From NCBI RefSeq assembly GCF_001194135.2, contig NC_068990.1:70303891-70367890 (forward strand): a stretch of 64,000 nt of DNA. The letters run 5' to 3'. The translations under genes and the position numbers were made by a program. Shown in pieces: positions 26,520 through 38,389 of the stretch. Source of the stretch: Octopus bimaculoides (taxonomy: Eukaryota). How positions within the stretch are numbered: the first letter of the stretch is position 1; each line of letters starts with the position of its first letter. The notes under the pieces were generated by a model that saw only the letters and a program-made list of their open reading frames with translations, was not told the origin of the DNA and ran no database searches.

Positions 26520-26790
26520 CAGTTACGTTTCTTCAATGGCAATATAGCTTTTGTGGTCCATGCCTTAGAACAAGCCAAACTTGATTTATCCAAGCTAACC
26601 TTATCCTTTGCTAACTCTCTCTTACTTTCAGCACTTAGTTTGAGGCCTCTCCATATGCCTCTTCTCCAGTACCTCTCTTTGTCTGTCAAGAAGATGATAA
26701 GACCAGTATAACATTTGGAGTAGCACCATTGAAATTGCCATTTATGGCTGATGGTATTGCTGTTATCATTGGTTGTTTTACTTCTCCATT
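26520..26790 (-). mobile_element. Probable RTE-like LINE 3' remnant
   Basis: Frame-shifted pieces TISHKWQFQWCY and EVLEKRHMERPQTKC resemble RTE IRKRRLQWYGH and GKRRRGRPRKTW. Confidence 0.3.
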
Positions 26791-27789
26791 ATATAAGAGT
26801 GTGCATGCATGTGTATTTGTATTTGTGTGTGTGTGTGTGTGTGTGTGTGTTAGTACATGTACACATACATACTCATTAGTTTAAAGTTGAATTTTCACTG
26901 TCACTCTTTCTAGTTTCTTGTTACCTTGCATGTTCTACAAACTTGAACAAACAAATGTATTTTCTTTCATTTGTACATACAAATACATACATACATACAT
27001 GCATACATGTGTGTGTTTGTGTATACACACATACATATATGTATGTGTATAAATATATATGTACACACATGTATGCACATGCGCATACATACACAATGAT
27101 TAAGAGAGAATATTTATAGGTTATCTTGTGACAATCTAGAGGTTAGTCCTAATTCTGTCTTGATTCCAATCCTTTTATCCTTGTAGAATGGTTTCAAAGA
27201 CAGCATATGAGAAGAAAACAGAAGAAAATTAGGAAAAATTGGTTTCTAAAGGCAGCTTCCACTCAAAAATTATTGTTGCTGTTGCTTCTTCTCAATCTTT
27301 CTTTCTCATCTGAGGTTATGTGTGTGTATTTGTATGTGTGTGTTTGACAAGAATTGTAATGTTTTGGTTTGTTTTGCAAGTGAAATAAAAATGGTATAAA
27401 ATAGAAATAAAGTTAATAAAACAAATGAGATATTAAATTAAAATTTAATTTAAAAACTTTCAAATCAAAAAGTTGCATCCCAAAAGGATGAACGAAGAAT
27501 AACAGAAGCAAGAAGAAACAAATACAAAATCAGTATAAATAATGATGATGATGATGACCAAAACATAAAACAAGCAAAAAATTAGGTAAAAACCAATATC
27601 ACAGAAAATCAAATATAGTCAGCAAACAAATGGAAACAAGAAAAACAAATAATAAAATAATCAAACAACTGTAGCAACAAAAACCAAATTAAAAATACGA
27701 CTAAAACAGTATCAAAAGTGAAGTATAAATCTTCCATTCTCTGTTGTAAAAAAAAATAAAATTGTTTCAGATTTTGATAGAAGGTTAAT

Positions 27790-27858
27790 TATGTTGAGGA
27801 GAGAGGGGTTTAGTACTATTGACCCCAGTACAAGACTGGTACTTTATTTTATTGATCC

Positions 27859-27905
<47 letters not shown>

Positions 27906-28890
27906 AAGAATGAAAGGTAAAGTTGACTTCCGTTAGATTTGAACTCAGATCATAAAGAGCCAGAACAAATACCAAAAGGTATATTGTCTGATATTTCAAT
28001 GATTCTGCTAATCCAGCACCCTTATAATAATGATAATAATAATAATAATAATAATAATAGTCCTTTCTACTATTGGCACAAGGCCTGAAATTCTGGAGGA
28101 GAGGACTAGTCAATTACATCACTCCCAGTGTTTCAGTGGTACTTAATTTATCGACCCCAAAAGGATGAATGGCGAAGTCAACTTTGGCAGAATTTTTAAC
28201 TCAGAACATAGCGATAAAGCATTTTATCCAGCATGCTAACGATTCTGCCAGCTCACCATCTTCACAAACGATTCTGTCAGCTCGCCATTTTTGCTAACAA
28301 TTCTGCCAGCTAATCATCATCATCATCATCGTCATCATCATCATCATCATCCTTTCTGCTGTAGGCCCAAGGCCTGAAATTTGGTGCTGAAAGGATGAAA
28401 GGCAAAGTCAACTGTGATGGAATTTGAACTTCAAATGTAAAGTCGGATGAAATGCTACTAAGCATTTTGCCTGACATGCTAACAATTCTGCCAGCTTGAC
28501 ACCTTAATAATGATAATTCTTTCTAGTATAGATAGAAAGCCTAAAATTTGTGGGGAGGGAGCTAGTCAAGAGGGCTTCCTTTAGATTAATAATCCTTCTA
28601 TAGGCACAAGGCCTGAGATTTTAGGGGAAGGGGCTAGTCAATTGCAGTGACCTAGTACTTGACTGGTACTTATTTCATTGACTCTAAAAGGATGAAGTCA
28701 ACCTCAGTGGAGTTTGAACTCCGATCATAAAGATCCAAAATAAATGCTGCAAAGCACTTTGTCCAGTGTGCTAATGATTCTGCCAGTTTGCTGCCTTTAT
28801 TCTAATAATTGTTTCTTCTATATGCATAAGGCCTAATTTTTTTTTTTTTTTTTTTGTAGGAGGTCTAGTCAATTACATTGACCCCAGTCA
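27790..28890 (-). mobile_element. Array of about five SINE family A copies or fragments, minus orientation
   Basis: Same unit motifs. The first copy has a (GA)20 expansion in its core (27862-27901). Confidence 0.85.
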
Positions 28891-29798
28891 GACTAATGAT
28901 TAAGGATTAAATGTTTTATTCCCTCTCAGATTTGACTTTGAGTTTTTTTATTCTCAGTGGCCAGACCTTTTGAACTTTCCACTCCTTGAATACATACCTA
29001 TATATATTTATAATATAGGTGCAGATATGGCTGTGTGGTAAGAAGTTTGCTTCCCAACCATAGGGTTCTAGGTTCAGTCCTGTTGTGTGGAACCTTGGGG
29101 AAATGTCTTCTACTATGTCCTCAGGCCAACCAAAGCTTATGGAATGGATTTGGTAGACAGAAGCTAAAAGAAGCCCATTGTATGTGTGTGTGGGTGTGCT
29201 TGTATGTTTTGTTTTCTCCTTGTCTTGACATCACATAATGATTGTAAATGAGTGTCGTCCTCTTGTAAGCAGTGTCTTTCATGTTCACTGTTTTGTGAAA
29301 GCATGTCAGGTCATGGGGAAAATATTACCTTACTTGAAAACAGGTGCAGGTTGATGACAGGAAGGGCTTCCAGCCATAGAAAATCTGACTCAACAAACTC
29401 CGTCAGATACATGCAAGCATGGAAAATTACATTAAAATGCTGATAAAGATGATATATATATTATTTTTAAGCAATAATGTCGTTGACAGTGATTTTGAAA
29501 TTTCAGCTATTGTCCAATGATGGCTTAACTGGCCAAAACTTCCAAGTCACTGTCAACAACACTCTTTTTTAAGAATTATAAATTCATACTTTACAAAAGT
29601 ATAGGGTAACCCATCAAATTAATATAAAATTGTTTTTATTATACCTAAACAATATATCTCACATGAGTGAGTGGACAGGTGAAAGAAAGTGGTACTAACA
29701 CATTTGGTAGGAGTTACATATATTATTGTATAACAGTTTGACTTGGTTTCATGCAACTTAAAGATTTGGAGGTTTGGAGACTGAACCCCAGGTCATCA

Positions 29799-30167
29799 GG
29801 CATTTGGAGATCAAGTATCAGGAAATGAGAAATTTTCAATATGGCTTCTAGATTTTAGGTTCCTGTTGGTCAACTCAGATCATGTGGTGCTTTTTATTGG
29901 TTTGGAATTGACTTCAGATCTTATTTTTATTCTGGGATCCGCATGATCAGATAAGATGTTGGTAGACAGCCGTTGTTGCAGCCTCTAAACACTGCGGAGA
30001 CAGACACTGACAGTGTCATGTTTGACCATGTGGATCAAAGAACATATATAAAATTTGATGTTATTTCCAAACCAATTACACCACATTACCTGAGTTGACC
30101 AATAAAGGCCTAACATCTAAAGGTCATCTTGAATTTGTCTCATTTCCTGTTACTTGACCTCCAAGCC
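29799..30167. mobile_element. Degenerate fold-back (MITE-like) element with about 155-bp inverted arms and a 61-bp spacer
   Basis: 29799-29955 aligns with the reverse complement of 30017-30167, e.g. ttggtcaactcagatcatgtggtg versus caccacattacctgagttgaccaa. Confidence 0.75.
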
Positions 30168-30251
30168 ATGTTTGTTCTATGAGCCTACAAACACATTAAA
30201 TTGCATGTGTGTGTGTCTGTGTTTGTACCCATACATTATTTGTTATCAAAT

Positions 30252-30302
<51 letters not shown>

Positions 30303-30525
30303 TATTAATGAGGGTAGAAATTGGTATTAATCAATTTGAACCAGTGGTCTAGCATATTAAAAAAATCCGAAGATTAAAATTATATTACATACAAAAATAA
30401 GAGGAATAACCAGCAAAAGTGGACTCCTATATGCTAGAAATAGATGCTGAATCATCTATTTGGTATTTTTTCATTTGTCTTTCCCTTTTGCAGTCTGTTG
30501 TGTCGCTGAATTTTTACTGAGAACA

Positions 30526-30716
30526 NNNNNNNNNNNNNNNNNNNNNNNNNNNNNNNNNNNNNNNNNNNNNNNNNNNNNNNNNNNNNNNNNNNNNNNNNNN
30601 NNNNNNNNNNNNNNNNNNNNNNNNNNNNNNNNNNNNNNNNNNNNNNNNNNNNNNNNNNNNNNNNNNNNNNNNNNNNNNNNNNNNNNNNNNNNNNNNNNNN
30701 NNNNNNNNNNNNNNNN
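30526..30716. other. Assembly gap; other gaps at 6977-6986, 22280-22304, 31875-31884, 32151-32287, 39002-39677
   Basis: Runs of n, mostly next to microsatellites. Confidence 1.
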
Positions 30717-30733
30717 TATATATATATATATAT

Positions 30734-30767
<34 letters not shown>

Positions 30768-31222
30768 GTACATATACATATTTACACACTTACATACACA
30801 TTTATATGTAGATATACATATGTACATACACACACACAGGTATAATGATGTTGCCACTCCCAAGATAGAGGAGTTGTTATCTTCATTGAATTCTTCTGTG
30901 TGAAATCACTGTATCCTCTATGTGTGTAACAGGGTAGTTATAGGACTTGTTTCTTAAAGCCTGCAAATTTGACCCAGCCCATGGAATTTTAACAATACTT
31001 CCTGCCTGAAGCACGTTACCTGTGACTAACTTATATGTTATGACGGAACATGATTTTGTTGTTATGGCAGCTGTAGTACTTGAAAGCATATACAATTCTT
31101 TAGAGTGTGTGTTGTGGAGATCTTAGAACTGTAGGAAAATGAGGGTGAATACCCACAAGATTGTTGTTACAACCCTAACATTCTCATTCTTAAATGTTTA
31201 TCACAGCATCAGAGTGATTCAT

Positions 31223-31274
<52 letters not shown>

Positions 31275-31911
31275 GTATTTAAGTAAAAACACACACTTCT
31301 AGAGCACTGCCTTAAAGGGTTTTAGTTGAAGAAATCAACCTCAGGATTTTGTAAGCCTAGTACTTATTCTGTCGGTCTCTTTTGTTATGGGGACATTAAC
31401 ACATCAGCATCAATTGTCAAGTAAGGACAAGGGTACAAACACAGATACACACACTTAAATACACACACACACACATATGTACTAAAGGCTTTTTTTCAGT
31501 TTCTACCTACCAAATCCACTCACAAGGCTTTGGTCAGCCAGAGGTTATATAGTAGAAGACACTTGCTGCCCAAGTTGCCATGCAGTGGGATTGAACCTAG
31601 AACCATGCAATTGGGAAGCAAGCTTCTTACCATACTGTCACGCCTGTGCATATATATTTTACTTGTTTCACTTATTAGGCTGTGGCCATGCTGGAGTACT
31701 ACCTTAAAGCATTTTAGTCCAGTGTATCAACCCCAGTACTTGTCTTCTTTTAAAGCTTGGTACTTATTCAGTTGGCCTCCTTTTTGCTAAACTACTAAGT
31801 TATGGGGATGTAAACACACCAACACTGGTTGTCAAGCAGTGGTGGGGGACAAACACAGACACAAAGACATACACNNNNNNNNNNTGGTGGGGGACAAACA
31901 CAGACACAAAG

Positions 31912-31953
<42 letters not shown>

Positions 31954-32115
31954 AAGTGTACAATGTGCTTCTTTCAATTTCTGTCTACCAAATCTACTCA
32001 CAAGGTTTTGGTTGTTCTGAAATTATAGTTGAAGACTCTTACTCAAAGTGCCCTGCAGTGGAACTGAACCTGAATCATGTGGTTAAGTAGCAAACTTCTT
32101 ATCACACAGCCATGC

Positions 32116-32150
<35 letters not shown>

Positions 32151-32287
32151 NNNNNNNNNNNNNNNNNNNNNNNNNNNNNNNNNNNNNNNNNNNNNNNNNN
32201 NNNNNNNNNNNNNNNNNNNNNNNNNNNNNNNNNNNNNNNNNNNNNNNNNNNNNNNNNNNNNNNNNNNNNNNNNNNNNNNNNNNNNNN

Positions 32288-32498
32288 GGGGATGGTCATA
32301 TTGCCAGTTTAGCCAATAAAAACACACGCACTGTATATTTGGTGTTAATTTGCTTCAGCTTTATATTACATTAATCTTAATCTTATTTGGCCGAAATAAG
32401 ATTAAGATTAATGTAATATAAAGCTGAAGCAAATTAACACCAAATATACAGTGCATATGTTTTTATTGGCTAAACTGGCAATATGACCATCCCCAAGT

Positions 32499-32499
<1 letters not shown>
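32288..32499. mobile_element. Palindromic MITE-like element: 101-bp inverted arms, 5-nt loop, right end CCATCCCCAAG|TA
   Basis: 32288-32388 is the reverse complement of 32394-32494 with 2 mismatches; loop GGCCG. The left flank is hidden by the N-gap. Confidence 0.75.
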
Positions 32500-32538
<39 letters not shown>

Positions 32539-33722
32539 TCATTTAATTTTGACAGAATTGCTTGTAACATTCATATGACAGGTTTTCTGTGGCTGGATAT
32601 CCATGCTGTTGCCAACCCTTACCTGTTTCCAAGGGAGGTATTATTTTCTCATGGCCTAGCATGTTTTTCATAGAAATAAATACCATCACTTCTAAGCCAG
32701 TGATGTTTGTTTATAGTCATCAGTATACACACACATACAGCTAGCTTCTTTCGGCTTCCATCTTCCAAATCCAGTTACAAGGCTTTGGTTGGCCTGCGGC
32801 TATAGTAAAAGACACTGTATCTGAAGGTATCACTCAGTGGGTCTGAACCCGAGGCCACATGGCTGGGAGCAAGTTTCTTAACTACATAGTCATGCTTGTG
32901 CAGCATGAAATGATAGACATCTACCCCTGGACTAATATATCCTGTCTTTACCTTTCACTCATTTTTATGATTGACTTTGTATAAAACAAAAGCATCTGTT
33001 ACAAAATAATAGTATTCTTGCTTGTCTGTTGGTCACATAGCATCATCTACTCTTTTTGATTGGTTGTTATTGATTCATAACATATTGGCAGCATTTGTGC
33101 ACTTTCCTGTCTTTTTCTCTTCCATTCTCTTAAATATCATTTATTTTGTCACCTTGTCCTCTCACTCTTTCTCTCTCCCCACCTTTAGATCAGCCTGATA
33201 AATATCAAACACTGATTTTCTCCATTACCCTGACTGTTGTCTTAACAAAATATTTCATCTAACCTGTTATAAGTTTTGAGTGGTTTGCTTATCACTCTCT
33301 CTCTGATTCTCCTTCCCTCTTATTCCCCCAACCTATCTCTCTCTGTCGCCGACACACACACACACTCTCACACACACACACATCTCTTTATCTCTACCCT
33401 CTTCCTCTCTTTTATCTCAAGTTATCAAGTAGTTTAGGAAATACCATTTCAGTATAGCTCCCAACTTTCAGTTAAACCACTGAACATGTGAGGACACCTA
33501 CTTATCACTGATACACACACACACACACACACCACACACATACCATCACCACACAACCATGCATAAATATGCATAAATGGGTTGTAGAGACCTGCACATG
33601 TTGATAGACCCACCTGTACATTTGCACACAAGAAGGTAAAAATTTACATACACAAAAACAACACACTCAACTGTACCCACTCACATGTGCTTACACATAC
33701 ATTGATCTACTGCAGGTGACTT

Positions 33723-33767
<45 letters not shown>

Positions 33768-35030
33768 TTATGTACAGCCACAAATTAGACATGCTAACAT
33801 CCAAATATGCAACTGTAAATTTCATTTCTGTGAGTAATTAATTCGTCAATTTCCTCTTGGTCATGGGTTTGTATAGGAAATATAAGAACAGCTCAACAAA
33901 AGCTAACCTAAACAATACTACAGTTGTTGAAATAATTTCCTTTGGCGTCTTGAGTTTCTTGTGTTTCATTTCATAATCTTGTTTCTGGTGCTACAACACA
34001 GTTGACTTATATACCAACAAATACTTATCATTACAATATCAAACGCTGTCATCACAACAAAATTAAGTCTGTTAGAATCTGAATTTCTTCACTAACAGTT
34101 TGTCACATGACAATGTCCATTAAGACAAATACCTACCACTGGCAACATTAACACAACACGTGTTAATTCAATAGCCGTTGGCCATGTATAGTCACAGTCT
34201 CAGTGACACCCATACCATGCCCATTCTCAGTATATGACAGTAATCGACCTCATAGAGGAGAACCACCGCTCCAAATACTTATTAAAGTAAAATATTTAAC
34301 CAGATAGGGTTTAGCCATTTATGTTCATTCTGTACTTAAACTGTTAGTGAGTACTTTTCCCTTTCCTCTCGCTTCTACTGGGACACATTTATGATACAGT
34401 GGCCAAGCACACTTTCAACTTTGAAGTTACATTTCCTCTGGCTGTCAGGACTACAATATGGTGGTACTAAGAATGTGTTGTTTTTATTTTATTGCCAAAA
34501 CATGTTTGGAAAGTTTATTAGTAAATCTAAAATGAATTCACTCTACACTTGATTTGTTTTCTAAGTTCATGCACATGTGCATGTGCATGCACACACACGC
34601 ATGCATGCGCACGTAAAATTAAATGTATTTTACTGTAAAGGTAGATCAGGGTCAGCAGACATTCCAGTGACCTTGTTGGGTCATACATCATGACTAATTA
34701 GGCAATCGAGTGATTGATACTTCATACATTGAGGTATCAGGGAATCTACCGTAGCAACTTATTCATAACCAATTCTGACTCATATGAAGTGAAACTCATT
34801 GGTAAAGCTATGTAAATAAATGTTGTGACATTGGGAGAAAGAACAATTTGTTTAGCTGAAAAAGTAGTGGGCTAAATATTTGTTGAAATATTTGTAGATA
34901 TGGTTATCAGATATGCTGGTGACAGATAGATATCAACAGTACTGTTTACTATATATAAATGGTGAGTAAGAATAAGAAAATAATTCTTTTGAAGACCTAA
35001 TAGGTGACACAGTTTGTCAGAGAAGACAAG

Positions 35031-35064
<34 letters not shown>

Positions 35065-37572
35065 CAACACCAGCCAGTTTGGACTGCACTAAAAAAGCAT
35101 TTAAGCTATCAGTAGAGTCTACAAGCTAAGGTATTTCACTTGTAAATGCAAAGCAGCTGGGAGGATAGAGAGAAATAAGAATGGATGTAGTAGTCTGTTA
35201 GGCAGTGTCAGCTGTGTGTGGGCAGGATATATTTGTGTTTCTGTAAATGCTTCTAGAAAAGATGGAATCCTGCTGTTAACACAGTAATCAGAAACAGGCC
35301 AAACAAATAGACTACACACTGATAGATACATCTGGTAAAATGAGAGTGAATGGTACTTGGGTAATTGAGGTTTAAGACTGGTATCAATTAGTAATATACT
35401 ACTAATTGCATAGACGAATTAATTGAATTCTGATGAAATTGATGAAGTATGTGGTCCACTGACTCTCTAAGAAAGCTACTTTAAATTTAACAAACAATAT
35501 TGGGAGGATATGAAGGTATGAACAAATAGAATATATTAAAATATAGTTGCTCAGGTTTCAGGAAGTCATCCCTATGCAGGTTGATCTTGTATCAGAGGCG
35601 GGACAGAACATGAGAGAGTTTATTCTTAAGTAAACATAAGTGTCTAATTAAATACAAGTTGCTGTATCTATCATTTTCCAATCTAATTTCAGGTATCGAA
35701 TGTTGATGGTTAGTAAACAAGTTAAGTTTGAAGCCATAGAATTCAAATCTAAAATTTAAAATTATATGCAAATAAATGTGTGTGGACAATTAATAAAATT
35801 GATAGAATTTCAATGAATTATTTATTCTAAAAATGGAATATCATCAACACAGACACACACTCTCACAATTTAGAGCGGTAAACTTATTCCAGTGTTTGAT
35901 ATTTAATTGATGAGTAGCTGAAAACTTGTTGAAATATTGTGGTTGCAAACAACAAAAATTGAAATAACAGCTAATGAACTGACTTTCTATATTTGTATAT
36001 CTGTACAAAAAAAGTGTTTAACATAGATAAATGTTGGTTTTGTATATCTGCACAAATCTATCAAAAGAAACAAAATTTAAATCTAATTGTTAAAGCTGTG
36101 GATTATAAGAAAAAAACAAACCAGTTTTGAGTTCCTTAAAAATCACTTGAATGACTTATTCCAGAGGTGCTACTTTCAGAACTATTAATAAATCATATTT
36201 TATGATAAAATATCAGCTAAAATATTAAAACCAAAATCAAAATAAATGTTTACTAAATATGCATTTGTAGGTTTCAAAACTAATTTCCAAACCTATTATG
36301 TAGAAGTGTGCTAAAGTGACAGTTAATATCATTAGAAGGTTTATAGTATAATATTAATTATATTGCTGTATCAACAAAGGAAATATTGTCTCCTCCTGGG
36401 AGCCTTATTTCTATTTGTTTTTATATTTGATTTGAATGTTTGCACAAAAAATTATAGAAAAATTGGAAATGCAGATTTGTGGAGCGTTATGATCAAAATG
36501 GAAATTTACTACTTCAAGTATTTCTCTTTTATCAAGGCAATAGCACAAAACAGTATTTTTAGATGTTTCATGCTGGTGAAACACCAATCTATTTATAAGA
36601 ACAATTTTGTTTTATTTTGTTTAGAAAAAAAAAAATCAATCATTGTTACTGTATTCTGAATGACTGTTTTATATTTCAACTTAGTGAATAATTCTTTATT
36701 CAGAACTCAATTTCATGGTTAAAAAGAGGAAAGGGGAAAAGCCATTCTGTAAAATATTTGTAATAACAATTCCTTCATTGGTCTAAATTTACTCAATGAT
36801 CCAAAACACAAGCAAATAAATATATCTGGTCATTGACATTTACTGATGTACAACCTAACCTATTGAGCAAGATTAACATGTTTAATTTTTATATGAACCA
36901 TTCATATGCAGACAGTTATCAGCACAAAAGCAAATATATATTTCTGTTTTTGATTTTATATAGTAACTATTAAATGTAATTTTGATTGGAAGTGACACCT
37001 TCCTCTATCTACAATTCATAGGAAAAAGAAGCACCATTTAGTTATACATACATCCTCAATCATAGAGAAAAATTACTTCATTAACTTTGGTTTTGACATA
37101 GAAATAAATTGATATTATTTCTAGCGTGCTGCAAGATCTCAGCTAAACTCACATCATTTCAAAGAACTTAAAATACATTTAAACTTAGTGATTAATTATT
37201 TTGAACTCTACCTTACAACTGATGAGGAAGTACTCCAAAGAATTATTGGCCTGTCAGAAGTAATGAGTAGGATGTCTTTAAAACTTAAGGAGTATTTAAA
37301 GGAAGAAATGAAGATTGAGTGGGGGAAAGAAAGACCAAATATCAAACACATCCTTTCCTCTAATCCTAAGCTAGAAATTTATTCACCAGGAACTTTGCAA
37401 GAGTTGCTAGCTTAACAATTTTGTTTTCTTTCTTCTTTTTTTGCCACTTACTTGCCTTTGTCTCTCTCTCTCTCTCTCTCTCTCATATGTACAGAAAATA
37501 AATTGAGTTTATGTATGTAACGCACATAATCACAACATTTTATTTCCTTATTTTCTTTCTTTCAATAACTCT

Positions 37573-37857
37573 GTGCTCTGTATCAGTTTATTCCCAGCAT
37601 CATCAATACCAGTAATGTCACTTGATACTAATGTCAATCGCGACACTTTGTCATGTACGGATCTCAAAACAAATGTCGACACGGACCTTGCTGAAAATGC
37701 TAACATTAACTTGAGCAAGAGCAGTCACACAAACTTGAAAAGGAAAACAAACAGTCTCCCAAGTGTAGTGTTTGTACTAACATTACACAATAGCAAAAAT
37801 GCTAATAGTGATTTCTCACTTTGGCACAAAACCATTCTGTCATTCTTCCAATATTGA
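37573..37857 (+). CDS. Possible S/T/N-rich coding exon, product unknown
   Basis: Unique sequence with four retained CpGs, a 94-codon ORF and an upstream pyrimidine tract with tatcag acceptor. No clear donor or homology. Confidence 0.2.
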   Translation: MLCISLFPASSIPVMSLDTNVNRDTLSCTDLKTNVDTDLAENANINLSKSSHTNLKRKTNSLPSVVFVLTLHNSKNANSDFSLWHKTILSFFQY

Positions 37858-38389
37858 TTTCTAACATTGGTACAAGATCCTATGGCTTGAGAGAGTAGAG
37901 CTGGCTATTTCAACTCCAGTACTTGAACGGTACAGACATTATTGATGTGGAAGGATGAAAGCTAAAGTCATTCATGGCAGGATTTGAACCCAGAACATAG
38001 AGATATAACTAAATATAGCAAGGCATTTTGTCCAAATACTCTCATGATTCTGTCGATGTATTACTCGATGTATTTCTTGATACAAGCAACTAATTACTAA
38101 AGAGAAACATTTAAACAAATTAGTAAGAGGACTTTTAACACACTTGGCAATTACAGCTAACATCATCACTAAGTAGTGACATGACTAAGAGCATCAAAGC
38201 TATTATAGGATTGTTAATGTTAACAGTACAAGTGACAGTTGTTCACTGACATTTATCATAAACAAGAACACTAATACTCAACAGTAACAGGACTGTTCAC
38301 TCACACTCATCATAAACAAGAACACTAACACTCAACAGCAATACCAACACTAAACAGTGATAGAAATATTGACACTAATTTATTAACAA

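Noticed and set aside
26520-26790. ~90-codon ATG-less minus ORF with a gtaaga donor
   Set aside because: No acceptor pyrimidine tract, and RTE-like motifs are spread across frames; treated as a LINE remnant.
30017-30100. MFDHVDQRTYIKF resembling a mariner transposase N-terminus
   Set aside because: The segment is the right arm of the fold-back element and the ORF is short; the similarity is probably coincidental.
31839-31919. 35-bp direct repeat
   Set aside because: Identical copies flank a 10-N gap, typical of an unmerged contig overlap.
36363-36659. 98-aa ORF with a hydrophobic, type II anchor-like start
   Set aside because: TTG start, T-rich composition that produces hydrophobic residues by chance, and no splice or homology support.
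37188-37415. 75-aa ORF MINYFELY...
   Set aside because: GTG start and no splice support; DEEVLQRIIGLSEV may be an RTE remnant.
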